This document shows, in pieces, positions 17,101 to 25,170 of a stretch of 32,000 bases of DNA. The DNA is taken from NCBI GenBank assembly GCA_000025185.1, contig CP001848.1, forward strand, positions 210,001-242,000, given 5' to 3'. Under the pieces are notes generated by a model. It saw only the letters and a program-made list of their open reading frames with translations, was not told where the DNA came from and made no database searches. This DNA is from Pirellula staleyi DSM 6068 (lineage in GTDB: Bacteria; Planctomycetota; Planctomycetia; Pirellulales; Pirellulaceae). The translations under genes and the position numbers were made by a program. Numbering within the stretch: the first letter of the stretch is position 1; each line of letters opens with the position of its first letter.

Positions 17101-18018
17101 AGTGGCGCTTTTCAGTTCGACTTCTCGACCTATCAGCAGGCTGCATCGCTGGAGTATCGCGGCGACAATCATCTGATGATCGATGGGGTCTACATGGTCG
17201 ACCTCAACAAAAGAGCAGTCACTTGGCAGTATCAATTGGTCGGCGGCATGCTCGCCCAGCGCAGTCCGAGCGTCGGGAACTGGTTCATCTCGTCCAAGAG
17301 TGGCATTAACTACAACGAACCGTTGTTCCTCGCTAAGCAAGATGCGCCGAGTGCTGCCGTCGAATCGCGCACCGCCGCAGTCTCGATCGAACGTCAGTTG
17401 GTGGTCTATCCCGGCATGAGTGTGCGGGTGATGGTCGACCTGAATGCCACCGGCATGAGCCAGTATCAGAAGGATGTCGAGCGGAACATCGTCGAAGGCC
17501 TGACGCAGCGTGGACTGCGTGTCGATCCCAATGCCGAGATGCTGTTTACGTTTGTCACCGGACAGCGTTCGACCGGAAACACCATCGGCTTTTACAAGAA
17601 TACGAGCCCCTTTGGGATGGGTTTTCCCGGAAGCATGTTTGGTGAACCTCGCGGCGAGATGACCGGCTCGACGGAGCAGATGCAGATGATGTATCGCATT
17701 GCGTTCTCGGATCGGAGCGGACGAGTGCTGTGGCATCTCGATCAAGCTTCCACCATGCGCGAAAGCGGGAAAATTAACCCCGACAACGCGGCCGCCACGC
17801 TGCAAGCCGAAATGGTGAATCATTTCGACGCCATGATTCGTGGCAGCGGCGGCGCGATGCGGAGTGTGCCGCGCTATGTGTTTCGCGACTTCCACGAGTG
17901 TGTTGCAGGGCAATCGCGGCTGAAATTGGGGGGGGAAATCATCGAACCGGTGATGAAACCAGCGCCACCTCAGGGACAGCCTGCGGCACCCAATCCAACG
18001 ATTCAGCCCGGCACCTAG
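14188..18018 (+). CDS. Large single-pass membrane protein: N-terminal MJ0042-type zinc ribbon, Pro-rich linker, TM helix, P/S/T-rich stalk, WD40/TolB-like beta-propeller repeats
   Basis: N-terminus MPIPFQCPQCGGSFAAPDALAGKKARCQRCSSVVTVP (CxxC-x17-CxxC). TM helix GMTVAIVGGVLLLLVVGGAGAMWAF. Recurrent propeller-blade strings: LSPDGRYMAL, ISPGGRFAAV, FSPDGTKLAA, WVPDGSGLVY, VSPSGNLALL, ISPAGKYFAG, FRADGKELTS. The track start GTG 14179 is possible; ATG 14188 is preferred. Confidence 0.85.
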   Translation: MPIPFQCPQCGGSFAAPDALAGKKARCQRCSSVVTVPAQAPPPVMPPKPSDDPFKALGPVADPLAPLAPVVQMPAKPAPMAAPDPLLSPYNPASYPASLASGSGYQLPPPTTTSSGNSAGMTVAIVGGVLLLLVVGGAGAMWAFGGRSAPPGPSGLAGGGPSGGPPSNFSNNGALFLPDNNVVASNSGSPPSSNPSFPGRPGMPGPSFPAPGIPGPSFSGPGFPGPGAPPGLTPTSPGSSTTPPATPSWSGGLAENPAAIPTTPSAPAPTLPTTPTAAPGDVPNLPSTEPVSTTNPPAENATPESPLAMQWQAEADPMPQPVEYKKGKIEITLPSQVEIILPVSTSHFVMAGASEGLKELRQVFDLRTGKAIGQPIAQRVEKIGDTEVLSPDGRYMALVQEQRSESIRVGVYSFATGAIAREFKLEGADVTGPLRFGASHHLVILYRTKDREQQVLAHYNIQTGEKVSEVKFDDNFRSEMRIMPESLTISPGGRFAAVLMGEAIGVIDLTSGKPAGALQLSKKPSRSDGMSFSPDGTKLAAMISTTGSHQLYVFDFQSGKTLLDHDYGERLSSFSYKGPELDWVPDGSGLVYQGHLLLEPTTGGEVWEFPHTDNSPRRMVRPGEILVLLRNRGTKVLGTADLPEKDIAAAVRSIREGGNAIDSILPPLSTPDLFAARQMTLPDGFVQWTPTVDPGDRPLTGADRDVLIAAPGETLRRAIFASPSSKKVVIQKEITPRGSVGRRAERKAVIERYDVATGSKGNTLDVPTVYQLADVSPSGNLALLAFAQKSRDYDRLDVLQISPKKHLTGWRPYANEVKDESKPYTPPSRLHRGRWFSADAVKTVAWSKFIDDEHLLTVNPAGKLICWKLPECKALYVFADFGEPLAISPAGKYFAGAHHGQFRVFESHTGNCVGDLEAPAIGTEPLRAAFRADGKELTSVVSGGADTMLVRWDLETGKRTHEFPVPSLALASGAFQFDFSTYQQAASLEYRGDNHLMIDGVYMVDLNKRAVTWQYQLVGGMLAQRSPSVGNWFISSKSGINYNEPLFLAKQDAPSAAVESRTAAVSIERQLVVYPGMSVRVMVDLNATGMSQYQKDVERNIVEGLTQRGLRVDPNAEMLFTFVTGQRSTGNTIGFYKNTSPFGMGFPGSMFGEPRGEMTGSTEQMQMMYRIAFSDRSGRVLWHLDQASTMRESGKINPDNAAATLQAEMVNHFDAMIRGSGGAMRSVPRYVFRDFHECVAGQSRLKLGGEIIEPVMKPAPPQGQPAAPNPTIQPGT

Positions 18019-18291
18019 AACCGTGCTGCCGACAACGGCGCGGAGCAGCTGTAAGCTAGACAATCCTCTGTTTTCGTCGCGACAGATGAAAACCGGTGCT
18101 GCCCGAACTATGTTGATAGCTTGTGCTGATATGCGGTAAGCCCAGGATCGCACGCACCCCCAGCGCATCTCACTTTTTCGTAGCGGCTGTTTCGTCAAGT
18201 TCCGTCAGAATTTCAAACGCCACGCGCGCTACTCGTCCGTGCGAAACGCACTAGTTTCCAGCCTTCAAGACCCACCTCCGGAAGCCACCGC

Positions 18292-21009
18292 ATGACGATC
18301 GAAATGGCTTGCCCGCACTGTCAAAACGTACTGAAGTTTCGCGACGAACTGGCGGGGCGCAAGGGGAAGTGCCCCAAGTGCACCGGGGTGATCGAAGTGC
18401 CGCAAGTCGCCGCCGCAGCCCCAGCTGCTGCAGTTCCGGCCTCGAAACCCGCACCTAAGCCAGCAACTGCCAAACCGGCGGGACCTGCAACTAGCGCCAC
18501 CAAACCGGCGGCGGCGAAACCAGCCGCTGCGGCCAATCCGACAGCAGCGCCGGTTCGGCCGGCCCATCCAGTTCGTCCACCGCAAGCCAAACCACTGACA
18601 GCCGCCCCTTCGGCCGCTTCTCCCGCTGCGCGTGGACCAATTGCCTTCGACGCCCCCGATTCCCCCTTCATTCTCGAGCCAGCAGCTGCCACCACAGCGC
18701 CGCAGCCTCAGGTAGCACCGTCCCCCGCAGTCGGACCAACGGTCGCCGGAGTCTCGGTCGCCTCCACTGCCTTCAGCCCGACCAATGCCCCCACTCGCTC
18801 GCCACAGGTTGGGGCTGCAGCGCCGCTGATGGGCGAATCGCTGCGACAACAAGTGATGGGAGGCTTTCTCGGCCCGATTCAACCAGTCCCTGTTTCGTTT
18901 TCCTATCGACTCGGCATTATCCTGTCGGCGATGGTGATGCTGCTGATGCCGATCGTCTATTTTTCGATGATCGGCGTTGTCGCACTCGCCATGTGGTGGC
19001 ACCTCACCAACAACATGGGAATTCTCGGCGCCTCGCGCGGACGCGGCGGCGTGTTCCTGTTCATCATCTACTTGATGCCGGTTGTCGTAGGTGCCGCGCT
19101 CATCTTTTTCATGATCAAACCACTCTTCTCGCGCTCGAGTGGTCGCAACGTCATCCGTTCACTTTCCCCGCAAAGCGATCCGCTGCTGTTCGAGTTTGTT
19201 CATCGTGTCTGCGCGATCGTCGGAGCCCCTGCCCCTCGTCGTATCGATGTCGACTGCGACATCAACGCATCGGCCGGTTTTCGCAATGGCATTTTCAGTT
19301 TAATGGGAAGCGACCTGGTTCTCACCATTGGCTTGCCACTGGCGGGCGGCCTTTCGCTCGAGCAGTTTGCCGGCGTTTTGGCCCACGAATTCGGCCATTT
19401 TGCGCAAGGCACTGGGATGCGCATCACCTACATCACACGCTCAATCAACCACTGGTTTCTGTTCGTGGTCTATCAGCGCGATCGGTGGGACGACATGCTC
19501 GTCGATGCTTCGCAGTCGTACGACATACGCATCTCGTGGGTCTTCTACCTCGCGCGATTTGTGATCTGGATTGTCCGGATGGTGCTGCTGGTGCTGATGA
19601 AAATCGGCCATGCCGCCACCGGCTACATGCTGCAGCAGATGGAATACGACGCCGATCGCTACGAAGCTCGCGTCGGTGGCAGTCACACGTTTGAAGCAAC
19701 TTCGCGACAGATTCAAGTGCTGGGTCTCGCTCATCGTGGCGCACAGGCCGATCTCGAATTCTTCTTCAAGGAAGGTCGACTCGCTGACAACTTGCCGCGA
19801 CTCATCCTGGCGAATGTGCGACAGCTTCCGGCCGAAGCGTTGGAGTTCATCAACGACAACATCAAGAACGGCAAGACCGAACTGTTCGACACGCATCCTT
19901 GCGACCGCGATCGCATTACCAGCGCGTGGCAAGAACAGGCACCGGGCGTTTATCGCGGTTCGCTCCCTGCTTCGGTGCTCTTTACCGACTACGACACCCT
20001 CGCGCGAATCGTGACGTGGGATTACTACTTCGACATTTTTGGCGACAAGCTGAAGCGCGAGCAGTTGCATCCGGTCGAACAGATGGTCGAGCGTAGCGAT
20101 CGCGAAATGGCGGTGAGCAAGTCACTCGATCACTTCTATCTCGATGCGTTTTCGCCGCTGCGTCCTCTCCTGTTGCCCGCCTACACCATCACACCGACCA
20201 CCGATGGCGACGGGACGAAGCGTCAGCTGATTCAAGCGCGCAACGAGCAGATGTCGGCCTGCCTCACCTACCGCCAAGCGCTTAAGCATTTCAAAACGAT
20301 CGACAAAAATCTCGTCGAAGCAGCGCGCGCGATGGTGATCTACCAGGCTTCGGCGGTTCCCGATCCGCAGCAGTTCGAGCACTACTTTAATAGCTCGCGG
20401 GAAGCGTACGAGTTTCAGTATCGTCAGCAGCAAGAGCTAGTGACTTGCTGTGGACTGATGCAACGTTTCGAGACCGCGATTGGCTGGCGCGTGTACAGTG
20501 CCCTCGTGCTGCTGGCGAACACCAAAGTGCAAGCCCGCATTGAAGGGGCAGCGGAGAAGTTTCAGCAGCTCTCGAAACTGCTCCCTGTCGTTACGGTGTT
20601 CGCCGCGCGGCATCAGGCGGTGCTTGATGTGCGTAACAGTTTGTCGCAGATCAACACCTTCATGGGACACTACGAAGCGAATCAGCAGAACGGTGCGTTT
20701 TTCTCGAAAGCCAACGAACTGCTAAGCGCGCTCTCTTTGAAACTCATCACGCTGGCCGATTTGCTCGACAAGGTCGACTATCCGTTCGATCATGCCGAGG
20801 GGAAAATCTCGCTCCGCAAATTTTTGCTCCCCGAGAATCCCGACCCGCAAAATGTGGGGCAAACCGCCGACTGCGCCGACAAGTTGCTCGACAACTTGAT
20901 CTCGGTCTACGTGCGCTGCGTCGGCAGACTCTGTGTCGGTGCGCTCGAAGTCGAGAAAGCGTTGGGACTAGAGCCGCTGGTTTCACCTCCGGTGGAAAAA
21001 GAAAAATAG
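18292..21009 (+). CDS. M48-family zinc metalloprotease with N-terminal MJ0042-type zinc ribbon, Ala/Pro-rich linker, TM helices and a long C-terminal helical domain
   Basis: N-terminus MTIEMACPHCQNVLKFRDELAGRKGKCPKCTGVIEVP. HExxH in FAGVLAHEFGHFAQG. The third-ligand region MEYDADRYEA matches the E..AD motif of M48. Several hydrophobic helices flank the catalytic domain. Confidence 0.88.
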   Translation: MTIEMACPHCQNVLKFRDELAGRKGKCPKCTGVIEVPQVAAAAPAAAVPASKPAPKPATAKPAGPATSATKPAAAKPAAAANPTAAPVRPAHPVRPPQAKPLTAAPSAASPAARGPIAFDAPDSPFILEPAAATTAPQPQVAPSPAVGPTVAGVSVASTAFSPTNAPTRSPQVGAAAPLMGESLRQQVMGGFLGPIQPVPVSFSYRLGIILSAMVMLLMPIVYFSMIGVVALAMWWHLTNNMGILGASRGRGGVFLFIIYLMPVVVGAALIFFMIKPLFSRSSGRNVIRSLSPQSDPLLFEFVHRVCAIVGAPAPRRIDVDCDINASAGFRNGIFSLMGSDLVLTIGLPLAGGLSLEQFAGVLAHEFGHFAQGTGMRITYITRSINHWFLFVVYQRDRWDDMLVDASQSYDIRISWVFYLARFVIWIVRMVLLVLMKIGHAATGYMLQQMEYDADRYEARVGGSHTFEATSRQIQVLGLAHRGAQADLEFFFKEGRLADNLPRLILANVRQLPAEALEFINDNIKNGKTELFDTHPCDRDRITSAWQEQAPGVYRGSLPASVLFTDYDTLARIVTWDYYFDIFGDKLKREQLHPVEQMVERSDREMAVSKSLDHFYLDAFSPLRPLLLPAYTITPTTDGDGTKRQLIQARNEQMSACLTYRQALKHFKTIDKNLVEAARAMVIYQASAVPDPQQFEHYFNSSREAYEFQYRQQQELVTCCGLMQRFETAIGWRVYSALVLLANTKVQARIEGAAEKFQQLSKLLPVVTVFAARHQAVLDVRNSLSQINTFMGHYEANQQNGAFFSKANELLSALSLKLITLADLLDKVDYPFDHAEGKISLRKFLLPENPDPQNVGQTADCADKLLDNLISVYVRCVGRLCVGALEVEKALGLEPLVSPPVEKEK

Positions 21010-21075
21010 TGACTCGCTCTGCAGCATCGATCTGGGGCGTTGCGGCGGCACGTGTCGTGATCGATAACAGGCTCT

Positions 21076-22887
21076 ATGCCCACCCGCGACGAACTGACGA
21101 CAACCTACCAGCAGCTGCGCGATGAACTTCTCGCCGAGCGCACAGCGCAAGGCTATTGGGAGGGAGAACTCGCCACATCGGCCGTTTCCACAGCGACGGC
21201 TGTTTCGGCCCTTTCGCTTGCCACCCGCGCGGCGATCGATAGCGGCACGTTCGTCGCGGAAATTCCGGCCTGGACGTCGCTCGCCACACGCGGCGCTGAA
21301 TGGCTCGCCGAGCATCAAAATCCTGATGGCGGTTTTGGCGATACCGACCGAAGTTACTCGAACATCGCGACGACGTATCTGGTCACCGCTGCGCTGTCGC
21401 TCGCTCCTGGCCAGCAGCCGTTTCGCGCAGTGATCGATCGCGCCGATAGCTACATTGCCCAGCATGGAGAACTCGCCGGGCTACGTCGTCGCTATGGGAC
21501 CGACAAGACCTTTGTCGTGCCGATCATGACGAACCTGGCGCTTGCCGGTCGCGCTAGTTTTCGCGAGATCCCGGCTCTTCCGTTCGAACTGGCGTGCGTG
21601 CCGCAGTCGTGGTATCGGCTGATGAAGATGCCGGTGGTGAGCTATGCCATTCCAGCTTTGGTGGCGATCGGGCAAGCTCACTATTTTCTGGCTCCTCCGT
21701 GGAATCCGATCACGCGCATCGTCCGCTCGATGAGCATCGAGCGCAGCTTGCGTGTGCTGCTGTCGATGCAGCCTGAGAGTGGCGGCTATCTGGAAGCGAC
21801 ACCGCTCACCAGTTTTGTGGTGATGAGTCTGGCGGCGACCGGTCGGTTGTCGCATCCGGTCACGCAATCGGGTTTGCGATTCATCAAGGACTCGGTTCGA
21901 CCCGATGGAAGTTGGCCGATCGATACGAACCTGGCGACCTGGAACACAACGCTCGCCACGCTCGCACTGGCCGCGCGAGGTGATGAGCGCGACCTCGCGA
22001 GCATCGTATCGCCCGAGTTGGTGCGCTGGATTTTGTCGTGTCAGCATTTGGTGCGACACCCGTTTACAGGGGCCGAGCCAGGTGGCTTTGGCTGGACCAA
22101 TCTGAGCGGCGCAGTCCCCGATGCCGACGATACGCCCGGCGCTCTGTTGGCGCTTGCTGCTGTTCGCGATCTACCGTCGCTCGCCACTCTCGCCAGCGAG
22201 ATCGATCGGTCGGCTGAACTCGCGGTGCGCTGGCTTTTGAAACTGCAGAATCGCGATGGAGGCTGGCCCACGTTTTGCAAAGGGTGGGGACAGCTGCCGT
22301 TTGATCGAAGTGGCAACGACTTGACCGCCCATGCCATTCGCGCGCTTGAAGCGTGGAAAGATCGTCTCGCCGCGGCGGGAAAAATCTCGGCCAGCGACCT
22401 TCGCACCATCGACACCTCCCTGGCGCGTGGCTGGCGCTATCTCGAGCAGCATCAGTCGGCCGACGGCTCGTTTTTGCCCCTGTGGTTTGGGAATCAGGAC
22501 CGTGCGGATGAGGACAATCCGGTCTACGGCACCGCCAAAGTGCTGGCAGCTTGCCGTGATACCAATCGGTGGAAGTGTCCATTGGCCCGGCGGGCGACAG
22601 CGTGGATGCTGACCCAGCAAAACGCCGATGGGAGCTTCGGAAGCAGCCTCGAGGAGACATCACTCGCGGCCGAAGTGCTTCACCAGGAAGCACTTGAGTC
22701 AACAGCAGCAGCCCAGGGGCTGGAGCGCGCCCTCGCTTGGATGGTTGCGCAAGTAGCGTCGGGCAAACATCGCCGGGCCGAGCCAATTGGTTTCTACTTC
22801 GCGAAGTTGTGGTATTATGAGAGGCTCTATCCTGTGACGTTTTCGCTCAGCACGGTGGGGCGCGTGTTACGCACACTCGCTCCGTGA
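21076..22887 (+). CDS. Squalene-hopene cyclase family class II terpene cyclase (short, 603 aa)
   Basis: DxDD motif in PGGFGWTNLSGAVPDADDTPGALLAL (DADD at 22120-22131), compared with PGGFAFQFDNVYYPDVDDTAVVVWAL in A. acidocaldarius SHC. QW-type repeats: QNPDGGFG, LQNRDGGWPTF, QSADGSFLPLWFGN, QQNADGSFG. The C-terminal PIGFYFAKLWYYERLYPVTFSLSTVGR resembles the SHC C-terminus. Confidence 0.88.
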   Translation: MPTRDELTTTYQQLRDELLAERTAQGYWEGELATSAVSTATAVSALSLATRAAIDSGTFVAEIPAWTSLATRGAEWLAEHQNPDGGFGDTDRSYSNIATTYLVTAALSLAPGQQPFRAVIDRADSYIAQHGELAGLRRRYGTDKTFVVPIMTNLALAGRASFREIPALPFELACVPQSWYRLMKMPVVSYAIPALVAIGQAHYFLAPPWNPITRIVRSMSIERSLRVLLSMQPESGGYLEATPLTSFVVMSLAATGRLSHPVTQSGLRFIKDSVRPDGSWPIDTNLATWNTTLATLALAARGDERDLASIVSPELVRWILSCQHLVRHPFTGAEPGGFGWTNLSGAVPDADDTPGALLALAAVRDLPSLATLASEIDRSAELAVRWLLKLQNRDGGWPTFCKGWGQLPFDRSGNDLTAHAIRALEAWKDRLAAAGKISASDLRTIDTSLARGWRYLEQHQSADGSFLPLWFGNQDRADEDNPVYGTAKVLAACRDTNRWKCPLARRATAWMLTQQNADGSFGSSLEETSLAAEVLHQEALESTAAAQGLERALAWMVAQVASGKHRRAEPIGFYFAKLWYYERLYPVTFSLSTVGRVLRTLAP

Positions 22888-23050
22888 CCACCTTAAGCGA
22901 GAGGCCGAGTGACAGCGTAGAGCCCTGCCGCAGCAGGCTCGTGGTCATCGCTGCTAGCTTGTGCCAGTTCGTGGTCCGTTGACGACTCCAGCTTGAGTAA
23001 CCCCCGCCCGACTGCAACCTGCCCCCTCCGCGTATCGTGAGGATGACCTT

Positions 23051-25072
23051 TTGGACGACGCCTCCACTTCTGCGATCAACGAGCGAAGCTCGCCCGATGA
23101 TATTGCGACGGGAATTGTCGCGCACTCATCTCGCCCGCATGCTGCGCACGACGAAGCCACCGAGAGCAATCATGCGAGCGACGGCGTGAAAGTGCGCGGC
23201 CACTTGGCAGCCGAAGGTGAAATGCCGGACGATCTGGCCCTGCTCTCGCAGCGGAAAAGCAAACGGCGTCAAACCTCGCACTTGAAACTCGTCCCTGAAA
23301 CCAAAACCTTGCGCGAAGATCTGCGTGCTCGCGCGGCAGCTGCGACAGCGGTGCTCGATAAGACGCGTCCTCTCTCGAAAGATGAGATGGAAGCACTCGC
23401 GCGGCGCGTCTTGGCCGAGGCTGGCCAAGGGGAAGGTTTTGTCGGATGGATGATGGTGGTGCTCGCCACCGAATTTTGGCGAGATCAAGTCGCATCGATT
23501 CCACCGAGTCGCCGACTGTTCCTTTTGCCACACTGCTTGAAGCATGCCGAAGGATGCCCGGCCGACTACGACGAGTTCGGTCTCGAGTGCAAAAAGTGCG
23601 GCGCTTGCAGCATCGCCGATTTCCGCGGACTGGCCGACGAGATGGGCTACAAAGTCCTCGTCGCCGAAGGTTCGCCGATCGTGCTCAAAATCATCGTCAG
23701 CGGCTATGTCGACGCGATTGTCGGTGTGGCATGCCTCAACGTGCTCGAAAAAGCGATCGATAAGATTCTGCTCGCTGGCATTCCTTGCATGGCAGTGCCG
23801 CTCCTCTCGAGCGACTGCCGCAACACCTCGGTCGACGACGACTGGGTGATGGAGATGATCAAGGCCGAGCCTCGCCCCGACGCGCAGCAGACACGTTCGT
23901 ACGTACACTTGCTCCGCGCGGCATCGTCTCTCTTCAAGCCAGAAGAACTCGAGCGACTTTCGCCACGCGTGCGTGGTGGCAAACGGCTGTCGGAGCTTGG
24001 CGAAGGGGAACAGCTCGATCCGCTCGCAGCCACCGAATCGATCGCCTACGACTTCCTGGCCAAAGGTGGCAAGTATTCGCGACCGTTCATCACCATGGCA
24101 GTGCACGACGCGCTCACAGGTGGTCACGGCACCCTCCCCAAAATGCCGGCCGGTGGGGGTGAAGTGCAGCTGGATATTCCCGACACAGTGAAGCGTGCCG
24201 CACTCTCGATCGAGACGTTCCACAAAGCATCGCTGGTGCACGACGACATTGAAGATGACGACGCTTTTCGCTACGGCGAAGAGACGGTGCATCGTCGTTT
24301 TGGAACACCCACGGCGATCAACGTTGGCGACTATCTGATTGGGATGGGTTATCGGCTCGTCAGCAAACAGTCGCGAGCGATGGGGCCCGATACAGCAGCC
24401 GACATTCTCGACATCCTGGCCGATGCCCACATTCGCTTATCCGAAGGACAAGGGGCCGAACTGCTGTGGCGCGATGCGCGCGACAAACGTCTCTCGCCGC
24501 TCGATGCCTTGAAGATCTACGCCCTGAAGACAAGTCCTGCGTTCGAAGCAGCACTCCTGAGTGGCGCGCGACTGGCAGGCGACGTGACCCAGTATCTCGA
24601 ACCGCTGCGGCAGTTCGCACGTAACCTTGGGGTTGCGTTTCAGATTCTGAACGATCTCGGCGACTGGCAAGGCGATAGTCATAACAAGATGTCGGCTGGC
24701 GGCGACACCCTGGCAGGACGTCCGACGGTCCTGTGGGCCTTGGCGCTAGAGTCGCTGGCTCCTGAGAAGCAGAGCGAACTGCTGCAGCTCGTTACCGAGC
24801 ATGCCGATAGTCAAATGCATCCGCAGGCCCGGCTCGCGCGGGTTCGACAGCTGTATCAAGAGGCGGGTGTGTTTGAAAAGGCTTCGCGGCTGATTGAAAA
24901 ACATCAGCAGCGCGCGGAATCGATCGCCGACAAGATTGAGCCTGAAGAACTCCGGCGCCTCATGTACTACCTGATCGATTCGGTGCTCGAAGCGCCACGC
25001 ACAGCAGAGCCTGCGATTGTTCCGCTGACACTTGCCACCGCGAGTAGTCAGGTGGAGGGACCGCGAGCCTAG
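23051..25072 (+). CDS. Fusion protein: DUF116-like Cys-rich domain (aa ~150-262) plus trans-polyprenyl diphosphate synthase domain (aa ~325-640)
   Basis: DUF116-like block: LFLLPHCLKHAEGCPADYDEFGLECKKCGACSIADFRGLADEMGYKVLVAEGSPIVLKII..GYVDAIVGVACLNVLEKA. Synthase block: FHKASLVHDDIEDDDAFRYGEETVHRRFG (first DDxxD at 24242-24262), KTSPAFEAAL, and GVAFQILNDLGDW (second motif reads NDLGD at 24650-24664). The start is uncertain: TTG 23051, with several in-frame ATGs downstream. Confidence 0.82.
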   Translation: MDDASTSAINERSSPDDIATGIVAHSSRPHAAHDEATESNHASDGVKVRGHLAAEGEMPDDLALLSQRKSKRRQTSHLKLVPETKTLREDLRARAAAATAVLDKTRPLSKDEMEALARRVLAEAGQGEGFVGWMMVVLATEFWRDQVASIPPSRRLFLLPHCLKHAEGCPADYDEFGLECKKCGACSIADFRGLADEMGYKVLVAEGSPIVLKIIVSGYVDAIVGVACLNVLEKAIDKILLAGIPCMAVPLLSSDCRNTSVDDDWVMEMIKAEPRPDAQQTRSYVHLLRAASSLFKPEELERLSPRVRGGKRLSELGEGEQLDPLAATESIAYDFLAKGGKYSRPFITMAVHDALTGGHGTLPKMPAGGGEVQLDIPDTVKRAALSIETFHKASLVHDDIEDDDAFRYGEETVHRRFGTPTAINVGDYLIGMGYRLVSKQSRAMGPDTAADILDILADAHIRLSEGQGAELLWRDARDKRLSPLDALKIYALKTSPAFEAALLSGARLAGDVTQYLEPLRQFARNLGVAFQILNDLGDWQGDSHNKMSAGGDTLAGRPTVLWALALESLAPEKQSELLQLVTEHADSQMHPQARLARVRQLYQEAGVFEKASRLIEKHQQRAESIADKIEPEELRRLMYYLIDSVLEAPRTAEPAIVPLTLATASSQVEGPRA

Positions 25073-25170
25073 CAATCGCACGCTTGTTTCGACTCGCGCG
25101 GGGCACGAGCATTGGGGAGCTCGGCCGTGTGCGGGATGTCCGACCTTCCTCTAGCCGGCCGACATCTGCC

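Noticed and set aside
16501-18198. 565-aa minus-strand ORF
   Set aside because: It is antisense to the 3' part of the 1279-aa propeller gene and extends into the intergenic region. It has shadow-ORF composition (Arg/His/Gly-rich) and no motifs.
18265-19002. 245-aa minus-strand ORF, plus 19441-20070 (209 aa, minus)
   Set aside because: Both are antisense to the M48 protease gene. They are Arg/Gly/Trp-rich low-complexity shadows.
23126-24430. 434-aa minus-strand ORF
   Set aside because: It is antisense to the DUF116::polyprenyl synthase gene, which carries clear DDxxD and DUF116 motifs.
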